Source: Bdellovibrionales bacterium (GTDB lineage Bacteria; Bdellovibrionota; Bdellovibrionia; Bdellovibrionales; UBA1609). From it: 64,000 nt of DNA. The stretch's first letter is position 1; each line of letters opens with the position of its first letter. Both the position numbers and the translations under genes were made by a program. Below are positions 42,322 to 52,193 of the stretch, piece by piece. Where the stretch lies: the NCBI GenBank assembly GCA_965261545.1, contig CBDHDF010000002.1, positions 416,001 through 480,000 on the forward strand. The letters are read 5' to 3'. The notes under the pieces are model-generated. The model made no database searches and was not told the origin of the DNA. It saw only the letters and a list, made by a program, of their open reading frames with translations.

Positions 42322-42410
42322 TGGTGCCCCGGGCCAGACTTGAACTGGCACATCCGGTAAAGGATCCAGGATTTTAAGTCCTGTGCGTCTACCAATTTCG
42401 CCACCGGGGC
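42322..42410 (-). tRNA. tRNA-Leu (anticodon TAA)
   Basis: GCCCCGG acceptor stem, D-loop with GG, anticodon arm CAGGA-CTTAAAA-TCCTG, long variable arm, GTTCAAGTC, encoded CCA. Confidence 0.95.
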
Positions 42411-42716
42411 GCGTTTGTAACAAACTCTGTAACAAGCTCCTAACAAAGCTTTAAAAAATTTTGAAAAATTTTAACAAGGCTTGTCAAAAAGTGGAAAAGT
42501 GACTCTTAGACACACAAGATTTTAGATCTTGTGCGTTTGCCCTTTTTTCCCTTAGGGTTGTTACAAGTTGTTACTATAGTTGTTACAGGATTTTCTGGCA
42601 AATATTTATCATCTAGGGAAAGGAAACTCAGGATAAATTGTAAGTATTTGTAATTATTCATTAATTTATTAGTTAACTGCGTGTTTTGGCCCTTGATTTT
42701 TCTCTCTCTGCGTTAC

Positions 42717-42786
42717 TAGATGCACAGGACTTAAAATCCTGGATCCTTTACCGGATGTGCCAGTTCAAGTCTGGCCCGGGGCACCA
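42717..42786 (+). repeat. Inverted 5'-truncated copy of tRNA-Leu
   Basis: TAGA.GCACAGGACTTAAAATCC...GCACCA; lacks the 5' acceptor strand and D stem. Confidence 0.88.
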
Positions 42787-43977
42787 CAGGGTTTCATTTT
42801 ACTCCATATAAAGCAAAATGAGGCTTTGACTAGGAGCCTCCATGTCACCCCAGGTCAAGGAAAGAATCAAAGACATTCAAAAACTCTGCATCCGTTACCA
42901 CGTCTTAACACTCGACATATTCGGATCAGCAGCTACAGGAAGCCTAAAGCCCAATGACTTAGATTTTCTCGTCGAGTTTCAAAGCCTCCCTCCAGGAGAA
43001 CATGCAAAAGCCTACTTTAATCTCCTTGAAGATTTGAAACAGCTTTTCGGCTGTCACATAGACCTTGTTGAAGACGTAGCTACCTGAAATCCCTAAAAGT
43101 TGTAACTAGGTTTAATGTATTGCGTTAACTTTCCTCTCTTCCTATGGAATTGGCTGCTGTCAACGGTTTGAGAGGTTTAATAGTATTAATATATTTAATA
43201 TGATTCATAAGAATTTGCTGCGAAAGGTCCTCTTCGTCCCCATTGGATAGATGAGGCATAGTGGTAGCCACAGCCACCGTCACATTTGAAACAGATAAAA
43301 AACATCATTTTGTCTTGGGAAGCCCATCTATTTGGAAGGCTGAAAAAATATCCTTTTGTTTTTTAGACAGCTCTCCAAGCATCAGATCACCTGTAGCTAA
43401 TTCATAAAATTTTAATCGGTCCATCATTTTGTAAATTTCTATTTTAGACATTTTTTTATATAACTTCTTATCTTTCATAACAGTATCAATATGTGAAATT
43501 AAAATTAAAGAGAGAAAATTAATAAAGATGCTTCCCCTCATATTCATGAGAGAATGAACTCGACTTCTCCTTCCATTAATATCATGCTTGAATGAGAAAA
43601 ATACTTTCTCAATGATATCTTTGTTTCGATATAAACTCAATATATTTGTTTTCTTTAAATCATGACTATTTGTAATTAATATCATAATACCCAGCGTAGA
43701 AGATTCTTCATTAATATTTTCTTCATTTAAAGAAATCTTAAATGGAGTGCAATCAGAGATATTGAGAAACCTTTTTTTATTTCCTAAAGTTTCTTTCATA
43801 TAGGAACTAGCTTGTTCTTCTGATTTCAAATCTTTCTCAAGAAAGAGTTTCATAAAATCAAGCAACTCTTTCATTAACACAGATTCCTCATAAACCCTTC
43901 TTTCTTTGTCTAAGAAAATATGAGCCGTACAATCAAATCCTCCGATTTTTATTGATTCTTTGCAATGCGAATAAATT

Positions 43978-45698
43978 GGCTATATCCGAGTTTCTCGGAG
44001 CCTAAAGTCCAAATTCCCTAGGGAAATAGCTAAAAACTGGATGTACAGGTTATTCCTAAGATTTGTACATAAAAACACGGAGGACAGGGCTACCAAATCA
44101 CTTGTGTGGAGAGCCGCCGTTATCCACAAGACTCACCCACAGCAGCGCTGCTTTATTGTGGCTCCGAGGGCCATAGCCGCAGCGTCGCCATGGATGAGTC
44201 TGTGGATAACTGACTCATCTTGGCGGAGTTAGTATGGGGAGGTGAATTGGAAAAAGAAATGTTGATCGACAATAAAAACTATAATGTACAAAAACGCTTG
44301 GGGAAACTTCCAACAATATCCAAATCCCCAGCACACAAGTAAATCATATTCTCAAAACCCTGTAGGTTCTTAAATCCTGAAGCCCGATTTTTTATGATCT
44401 TTAGAAGGCGATTGATTCCCTCAGCCTTGGCATTTGTGACAGGATCTTTAATGAAGGAAAGAATATTTTCTTGGTGCTTCCTGAGCATCAAGGCAAACTT
44501 TTTCATAGAATCAATGCGTGATCTTAAGGCACGAGTGATCCAGGCATTCAGAAAATTCGCAGCATGACCTGGACTCACATAATCCCAGAAATGCTCAAAA
44601 TTATCTTTAAGCAGCCATGCTCTGAATATTTTATTGTTAGATTTCTCCATGAGGTTAATTTTACGAGTTTGGGCCTTACTACGAGAGGATGAACTGTAGG
44701 CTATCAACCAGCGAGTTCCCTTAATAGCCTTTCTGTCCTTCTTGCAGGCATCTCTCCAAATTTCTTTTCTCACCTCATCCACAGCCCTGTTGAGGGATTG
44801 AATAATGTGAAATTTGTCCAAAACGAGAGTAGCATTCTTACAATGCTCCTTGATAGAGGAGATGTAGCCTTGAGCCATATCACAACAAGCCACTCTAATT
44901 TTGTCTCGCTGATATTGGCTGAGTTCCTTTGTAAAAAAGGAGTCTATTGTCTCCTTACCCTTACCTTTTCCAATCCAAACGACACAGCCTTTCTTCATGT
45001 CGTAAATCAAGGTAATAAACTTCCTTCCCTTAGCATAAGAAATTTCATCGACTCCAATGACCTCCAAACCACGAATTTTGTGACCATCTCGTTCCCTGTG
45101 GATGATTCGATGAATAAGATCAGATAAGGTGGATGTGGGTATCTTGACAAGCTCTGAAACGGCTTTTTGGGTCATCTGCTTGGTCAGGGTCAGAATTGTT
45201 AGTTCCAGACGATAGGTGACTCGACTGAAGTGGTCGGCCCAAGGAATTCTCTCCATAATACGACCATGAGTGGGACACAGAACTTCCTTCGGAGAATAAT
45301 GGAAATAAATGGGGGTACCGCACACGACGATATCTCGCCACACTCTTTCTTCTAAGCATCTAAGTATCTTACAGCGGCGTCCACAATGAGGACAGCGGCA
45401 GCCATTCTTATGGGGTTTAACCCCTAAGTGAAGTTCTTGATTTCGATTTTTAAATTTAACCCAAGTCACTTTTAAGAATGATAATTTCAACATCTTTATA
45501 ATAAACTTATTCAAGACCATGGCATCTCCTGTATTATTTTCCAATAAGTAAATTAAGAGATTAAACCATGGTTTTGTTATGGGTAAAGTAATGAGGGGGA
45601 TAAATCATGGAAATTGAATTATTTTCTTGGTTTTTAATGCGGTAATTCTGCAACGTCGAAATTAGGCCCATTTTCTGTTGAGAAACTCGGATATACCC
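43978..45698 (-). mobile_element. ISL3-family element (complete)
   Basis: Inverted repeats GG(C/G)TATATCCGAGTTTCTC; 8-bp duplication AATAAATT. Confidence 0.93.
44279..45544 (-). CDS. ISL3 transposase
   Basis: CPHCG, IGVDE, CDM, LDKFHI, TNA.AEGIN. Confidence 0.93.
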   Translation of the reverse strand: MENNTGDAMVLNKFIIKMLKLSFLKVTWVKFKNRNQELHLGVKPHKNGCRCPHCGRRCKILRCLEERVWRDIVVCGTPIYFHYSPKEVLCPTHGRIMERIPWADHFSRVTYRLELTILTLTKQMTQKAVSELVKIPTSTLSDLIHRIIHRERDGHKIRGLEVIGVDEISYAKGRKFITLIYDMKKGCVVWIGKGKGKETIDSFFTKELSQYQRDKIRVACCDMAQGYISSIKEHCKNATLVLDKFHIIQSLNRAVDEVRKEIWRDACKKDRKAIKGTRWLIAYSSSSRSKAQTRKINLMEKSNNKIFRAWLLKDNFEHFWDYVSPGHAANFLNAWITRALRSRIDSMKKFALMLRKHQENILSFIKDPVTNAKAEGINRLLKIIKNRASGFKNLQGFENMIYLCAGDLDIVGSFPKRFCTL

Positions 45699-46887
45699 AA
45701 TAAATTTCCTCATTAAAAGTAAAAGAGCATGATGGAGATTTTATTTTCTCATTTAAAGCCACAGCAAGCTCTCTTGAGAGTTTTGTTCTAAAACTCATGG
45801 GTATCAAATACTTCAATTCCTTACGATGCAGTCCCTTAATATTTTCTACACTAGAAAAACCCTTATCCATAACTAAACAATCTAAATCTAATTTATAACT
45901 TGTTATGATCTCAATAATATTCGATAAAGTTTTGACATCCGGTATACTTCCAGGATAGATTCTGTACGCTATAGGCGTATGAGTTTTATTGTCTTCAGAT
46001 TTCCTACTTATCAGACCTAAGTTTATTTGTTCGAGATTCTCTCCATCTCTGTTGTAACCTTTCTCTAAAAATTCATTATTCATAGAGTAGGAAGAAAAGG
46101 ATGTGATGTCAAACATTACCGTACCAGAACCCTTCACTTGACTTATCCATTCGCTAAAGAAAGATTCTATCTTTTTTTGATCTCTCCCAAGATCACATAA
46201 GAGATTGCTTATTTTTTGTGACGACATAAAATTTTTCTTTGAAACATAAGCTTCTTGACACCACATATCGTAAAGATAAAAGGGCTCTCTTTTGATTATT
46301 TTAAAAAAAGCTAAATGCAAATAATGTTCGTAATTATCTGGATAAATTTTAGACAATGTTTTTAGAAGATTTAGTTGTTCGCATATTTTCTCTAAGAAAA
46401 ATAAGGCTCCCACATTATAGGAGCCTATGGGAATCTTTTTTCTTTTGGTCTTAATTTGACCTGTAAACTCATCCTTTCTTCCAAGGTAGATGCGTTTTTG
46501 CCTGGCCTGCTTTTTTTCCTTGTCCCAAAAGCTTTCAACTTTATAGACATAGGTTTTTCCCTTATTTTTTTGCTCAAAAGTGTATGACATCGTTAATATT
46601 GTAACTATGCTTTTGAAGAGATGACAATCTCTTAATCAAAGTGAAGGCCTTCTCAGACAATAATCAGGACTTAAGTCCTACACCTAGTTACAACTTTTAG
46701 GGATTTCAGGTAGCTATTACAAACCCCTTTTTTCGACAAAGTGTCGACGAAACGAGAAAACCTATCTATGCGGCTTAAAGAAAAAAAATACCTTTATGAC
46801 ATCACACAGCAAAGCCTCATCACAGAGTACTGCCGCACTGCCTTTACTTATCCCCGAGGACCTTCCTTGGGTTTTCTTGGGACTTCC

Positions 46888-47133
46888 CTAGGAACTTCCC
46901 TCGGGGACTTTCTCAAGAGTCCACATCTTATTATGCAGTATCTCAGAGATTTTTTTGGCATCCAATTCAGGCTTTCCGCCATAGTGACTTTCATTCACGT
47001 TGCGACCATGACCGAGAAGCAAAGCTCTGTCGTCTAGAGACATACCTGCTTCTTTTGCGGCCAAGTTAAAACCCCGTCGCATATCGTGTCTTGTGTACGC
47101 CACTTTGACATCTTTCCTTAACTTGGTGCCATT
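46888..47133 (-). pseudogene. Diverged second copy of the integrase C-terminus
   Basis: RHDMRRGF...LLGH...HY; reverse complement of about 34815-35050; cut at 47134 by an IS21-like end. Confidence 0.85.
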
Positions 47134-47195
47134 TGTTAGGCGCCAATTAAAATTGGCCATTTTTAGAAGCCGTCGCCAATGAAAAACGGCCAGTT
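47134..47195 (+). mobile_element. IS21-like terminal sequence
   Basis: TGTTAGGCGCCAATTAAAATTGGCCA...CGCCAATGAAAAACGGCCA. Confidence 0.55.
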
Positions 47196-47511
47196 GATGA
47201 TGTACTGATTTAGTTATTCTTCGTTCAGAGTTTAGTCAAGTGTCTTTATTTTGCTCATCATTTAACTCGGACTATGCCACAAGATTCTGAGGAATGATTT
47301 TCTGCCCACCACTTTTGGCATGACCCCAAATGCATCCTTCAGCCCTATGGCAGAGGTAAATGGAGTATTTTTCAGGATTCCTTGGCGCAGCTAATGTCTA
47401 AAGCTCCGCGAGAGTGACGAGCAAATAGTACGGTAAAAGCCAGTTATCCATAAATTTATCCATGGCGACACTGCGGCTGTGACCCCGATGTCTAGCAACG
47501 CAGTGCTGCTG

Positions 47512-48144
47512 GTGTGCCCAGCACAATATAGGAGGTAACGACTATAGAAAGCTGACATGATGATGGTGGTAGGTCCACCGTTCTCGATTTACAGGAATTG
47601 GGAACAAACAACCCTAAGCTGCGCAGGGGGCAAGACCTGGGTGGTGAGCGTTAGGGAAAAGGCCAGAATAACTGGTCATGTGTAGTCTGTGAAGATGAGC
47701 GAAAGCGAACCATCGATGAGGCGTCGAAAATGCGTTAGTTGCTGTCAAAACCAAGGTCCCGGTAGTACCTTGGGATAAACTCGGAAGGTACCTGATTACT
47801 GGCCGAGTGGCAGCCGGCGTAAAGTTGGCATGAGCACAGACTTGGCGTCGTGTTGGAACTGGGGAACCTACTGGTGGATGATAAGGGAAACGCTATAAGG
47901 GAGACCCCCGAAGTGCTAAATACCGATGCCACCAACCAGGGGCAGAGTGATTCGTAGTAGTGATGAAGTTCTTGTAATGAGAATGGAGCGAAGGGGTCAC
48001 ATGATTTATGGAAGTAGTCAGGCCAACTTGGTTATGCTGAGGAGGAGCCTAATGAAACGGAAAATCATAGGAGCCGTGTGAGGGGAGACTTTCAAGCACG
48101 GTTCTGTGAGGGGCAGTGGGGGAAGTTCCCACTGCCTACTCGAT
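47512..48144 (+). ncRNA. ORF-less group II intron (class D-like), 633 nt
   Basis: GTGTG start; domain III-like CGTAGTAGTGATGAAG..GTAATG..GGAGCGAAGGGG; domain V GAGCCGTGTGAGGGGAGACTTTCAAGCACGGTTC; domain VI ending CTACTCGAT. Confidence 0.85.
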
Positions 48145-48228
48145 CCAGATTTTTGAAGGAGCAAGGGCCCCACCATGAAATGGAAAATGGAGTCAAGCAC
48201 TCATTGAAGTCAAACGACCTCCTATGGT

Positions 48229-49551
48229 CTATGGTGCACCTAAATAACTCTCTTTTAGAAAAAAGGTGGGAAAAGAAAGTACACCATCGGCTTTTGGCTC
48301 GTCGAAGAGAACATCTGATAAAGCCGATTGTCCTGGGCCACTTGATGCCCTATAATAATCTCTATATGCGATTGGATCTACTTTTGTAGTTGCGAAGGGT
48401 CCATCACCCCTTAAAAATTTAGCTGTATCTAGTGTGATAGCCATTCTGTCTTGAACAAAAGTCCCGTGTTCTAGACTCACTTCTCGATCCGTACTGAATT
48501 GCATAAGCATGTAGTCCTTGTTTGATAGCGGCTCGAAAAAAGACATAGCATAGGGAGAGCTTACAACACGATCCAATTGTGAGAAATAAGGCTCGCCCGT
48601 ACCGATTCTTCTTGGAATTTCGCTCAAAAAGCGATCTGCAAAAGAAGGTTGGTCATTCTCCGGACAACCCAAACGACATGCCAAAAAAGTAATGCTCTTT
48701 ACCTGCTCCACCCCCAGTGGATCTATTTCCGCTACACGACGAAGGAAATAATCAAAAAACGCCTCTGGCCCCATCTTTGTTACTGGGTCGACGTTTATCA
48801 TCCCGTAGTTTCCATGAGAGCTGATTATAATTGATCCCAAACGAACATCATCAGAAAATATGCTCCCGCGTGCACTTGGCTGCCCCTTTAATCCAAGCTC
48901 TCTAAACACGACCCCTGTAGGATAGCCTTCGACAGAAGAACTATAATTATGCGTAAAGCGCATATTTTGGAGAAACATTATGTCAGTAAGATCGCCTGGC
49001 CCATCATTAAAGTCCGTCCTCTGAGTGAACCAAAGAGCCAGAGATGTCGGTTGTCCCCCCGTGGGATCCATAAAATTGGTGGGATTACTGTTGCTATAAA
49101 TATAAGGAGATTCATTGTATCGAGCGGGGTCGATCCTTGTGAATCGAAGGATATTTGGGTTGTATTCTCTTTGGTAGAAGTGGTAACTACTAAGTCCGAA
49201 ATTCACGGGTTGGCCCGTGTAACGATAGGGCACGGAATCGACATCCCCCGTGGAATTCGTCTCTCCGTAGGGAGTGTAGTCAAAACTTCCCAGTAGGCTA
49301 TTGTCTTCTTTGAGGACAATCCTGGTGGAACGCTGATGATCTGCAAGTAAATAGCGAGTTTCGTCGTTCACCACCTGGGCCAAAACCTGGCCTCTAGGAC
49401 CAAAAATATTAAGCGTCTGGGCCTGACCCTGATCAGAAATCTCCACAAGAGGGTGGAGTTCTGACCCATAAATAGCCGTGACAGTTTGAGCTGAAAGATC
49501 ATAGACCCAAAAAAATAAAATGAAAAGTTTCAATATCGCCTTTTTACTCAT
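48229..49551 (-). CDS. Short RHS-core protein with signal peptide and a C80/caspase-like cysteine protease C-terminal domain
   Basis: N-terminal hydrophobic signal; YLLADHQRS.R, YTPYG, YRYTGQ, RFT..DP, NP.NFMDPTG; then IISSHG ... ITFLACRLG. Confidence 0.75.
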   Translation of the reverse strand: MSKKAILKLFILFFWVYDLSAQTVTAIYGSELHPLVEISDQGQAQTLNIFGPRGQVLAQVVNDETRYLLADHQRSTRIVLKEDNSLLGSFDYTPYGETNSTGDVDSVPYRYTGQPVNFGLSSYHFYQREYNPNILRFTRIDPARYNESPYIYSNSNPTNFMDPTGGQPTSLALWFTQRTDFNDGPGDLTDIMFLQNMRFTHNYSSSVEGYPTGVVFRELGLKGQPSARGSIFSDDVRLGSIIISSHGNYGMINVDPVTKMGPEAFFDYFLRRVAEIDPLGVEQVKSITFLACRLGCPENDQPSFADRFLSEIPRRIGTGEPYFSQLDRVVSSPYAMSFFEPLSNKDYMLMQFSTDREVSLEHGTFVQDRMAITLDTAKFLRGDGPFATTKVDPIAYRDYYRASSGPGQSALSDVLFDEPKADGVLSFPTFFLKESYLGAP

Positions 49552-49826
49552 ATCATACCATCTTTCTATTTCATATAATAACCCAATAACTTTATAACAG
49601 CAATTCCCGCCGAGCTTGAAAAACATTGGAATTCCTCCAAATCTCAGTGTGAGAATTGCACTGCATCGAATAAGATAAACCTCCCCATCTTCGCCATTTA
49701 GAGGCGAATGTCCAGACTTTAGTTTAGGGCAAATACGTTAAACTCTTTGGGGCACTTTGAGAGAAATGGCTGCTCATGATGTGTCGAAAACATCTGAGGC
49801 AGCAATAGGCTTAATCCCATAAGCCA

Positions 49827-50053
49827 TTATGGCGAGGAGTTCCTGCCAATTTTTAAAGTATAGGGTATGGAAATACCCCCCCTCATATGATCCCATAGAT
49901 AAGATAGTCTCCTCTCTTTTTCTACCGCCTTTTGAAACAATTTACAGGCCAAATGTTGAAGTTGGTCCACTAAAAATACCAGTATCATAATCACGGCTAA
50001 ATTGTTACACAAATTTTGCTTGCCGTGGCCAAAATTGTGCTCAAAGTTGTAAC
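49827..50053 (-). pseudogene. ISNCY-type transposase C-terminal fragment
   Basis: YNFEHNFGHG..NL......MIL.FLVDQ. Confidence 0.7.
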
Positions 50054-50462
50054 ATTCATGGGGGCGCCTTGCTTCCCCACCCACGCCCATGAATCTTATC
50101 TAGGCCCCCACTTCTTTGCACGAAGCAACTCGGTGGACAGCTTCGCTGGTCTATATAATTGGCCTCTTTTAGTTACTCTGGACTTTTGATGGTATTTTTG
50201 TCATGTATGATTCCGATACAATAAAGGATAAAGCAATAACATTATTGGAAGGTGATAAGATGAGTGGCCGTTGAATAGATTGGTAATTTTAATTCCGTGA
50301 AGTAACATGGTCTTGAGCTTTGGATCGAACCCACGCATGTACCTGCACTCTGAGTGTATGGACGTATAGTAAGTTGACCTATTTTCGCTTTAGAATTTAT
50401 GGCAAAATCCCAAGGCTCTAGTTTTATCACCTTCTTTTTTTCTAACAGAAAGGAGGAGTCAT

Positions 50463-51663
50463 GTGGATATTATTTATAGTTCTGTTTGTGGAATAGATGT
50501 TCATCAACATATGTTGATGTGTACGATTGTCAAAGTGGAAGACGGTAAGAAGAAGTTTTTCACAAAAGAGTTCAAGAATTTTCCAAAAAATTTTCCTAGA
50601 ATGCGCTCTTGGATGAAGCCACATAAGGTTGAGAGAGTTCTTTTTGAGAGCACAGGGATTTATTGGAATTCTTTATACGATGATTTGACAGAAAAAGGTT
50701 ATGAAGTAGATGTTATCAATGCCTTTCATGTCAAAAATATTACTGGTAAAAAAACTGACGTGTTGGATAGCCAGTGGATTGCAGAGCTTGGTGCTTGTGG
50801 TCTTCTAAGAGCTAGCTTCATTCCTCCACGTGAGATTCGTTCTATTAGACTTTTGGCTCGTTATCGTACAAAAACGATCCGCCAAATATCTTCGGAACAA
50901 AATCGTATGTATAAGGTTCTTGAATATTCAGGCATTCGTTTAACCTATGCAATGTCTAAAGCTGACTGCGTATCTGGTATGGCCATGATTCGTGCCATAG
51001 CTAATGGAGAGAGATCAGTTTCTAAATTGATGTCTCTTGCCAGAGGGTCTTTACGTCAAAAGACCGAAGAATTTTCTTACGCCCTGTCGGGAAAGATGAC
51101 GGAAGAAAATCGTTTTGTTCTTCAACGCATTCTTGATCGAATAGATTTTTTGAAAAAAGAATGCTCTCAAATTGAAGAAGAACTTTTCATTCGTATGAAA
51201 CCCTATGAAAGGCAGTGGCATCTACTCCAGACTATACCTGGAATTGACGAATTAAGTGCAGCGCTTTTGATTGCAGAAATAGGAGGCAATGTGAAGTCTT
51301 TTAAAAATAAAGGAAATTTTTGCTCCTGGATGGGGATTTGCCCATCCAATAATGAGAGCGCAGGAAAAAAAGTCTTCACGAACGAGGAAAGCGAACACAT
51401 ATGTGAAATCGTTGGTATGTGAGATGGCCAATAGTGCTATTAAGACGAATTCACAATTCAAAGGCAAATACCAATCACTTGTTATAAGGCGTGGGCACAA
51501 GAGATCAGTGATTGCCGTTGGTCACAAAATGATGGGAGTTGTTTATTCAGTCATAAGTAATGACACCCCCTACAAAGACCCTGGAATTGACTATGAAAAG
51601 CTCATGGTGAAAAAAAATGCACCAAGGTGGATTAGAGCGTTAAAAAAGTATGATTTCATGTAA
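50463..51663 (+). pseudogene. IS110-family recombinase, frameshifted at an A-tract near 51365
   Basis: CGIDVH, ESTGIYW, KKTD..DSQWIA, LQTIPGI, WMGICP.NNESAGK|KSSRT, AVGHK. Confidence 0.9.
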
Positions 51664-51751
51664 TGTAGGATGATTTAAAAACTCGGACATTTGAAAAAAT
51701 TCGAAGAACGGATAGTGGATTCGTGCGTCCAAACTACCCCGGAGATTCATA

Positions 51752-52193
51752 GTAACTATTCAGGGGGTGCCGCATTAATTCGAACAATTTTTTTAAAAAA
51801 AGTATAAAAATTCTTGACAAGTTTTTGAAGCAAACGACCTCTTTCATTTGTTCTTTATCGAATATGTTCCTGCATATGCCTTAAACTCTCTGAGAGCCAT
51901 AGTATTGAAAGATTGTGAAACATAGGTCGCGGGGGGCACTTCTCATTCCTTTTGCTTCTTAGAACGAATCCTAGTGCATTTTTTTTAATGAAAAAAAGGC
52001 ATGTTAATATTTTCATAAGGTAAGTATGAAAATAGAAAATATTGACGTGTCTTCAGCCATAAATAAAATCAGGAAGCTTCTTAAGAAAGAGAAGTCCCTT
52101 TCTCCCGCTTTTATTGTGGCCATTGAGTTGTTGATCAAAATCATCACTATTCTAGTAAATCAAAAAAAATTAAATAGTCAAAACAGTAGTATT
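51752..52193 (+). mobile_element. IS66 (ISBst12-like) left end with transposase N-terminus (from 52026), cut by IS3
   Basis: GTAACTATTCAGGGGG end; protein ...LNSQNSSI. Confidence 0.6.

Larger units (their letters stand above)
43083..46710 (-). mobile_element. IS1634-family element, copy 1, interrupted by ISL3
   Basis: Perfect 28-bp inverted repeats CCTGAAATCCCTAAAAGTTGTAACTAGG; duplication TAGCTA; transposase pieces with FDITS.SSYS, GYNRD, MDKGF, YRNKD.IEK.F. Confidence 0.9.
42842..46778 (+). pseudogene. Second MNT copy split by IS1634, followed by a HEPN start stub (46768-46803)
   Basis: 42842-43082 plus 46717-46778 rejoin as a diverged paralogue of 41962-42264. Confidence 0.85.

Noticed and set aside
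42717..42786. Second functional tRNA-Leu
   Set aside because: It lacks the 5' acceptor strand and D stem
47735..48389. Short ORFs over the second intron
   Set aside because: They overlap ribozyme domains and have no protein features
51360..51375. Programmed frameshift in the IS110 gene
   Set aside because: Single-base homopolymer differences also separate otherwise identical copies elsewhere (RT, istB, IS3 copy 3), so sequencing error or decay is more likely
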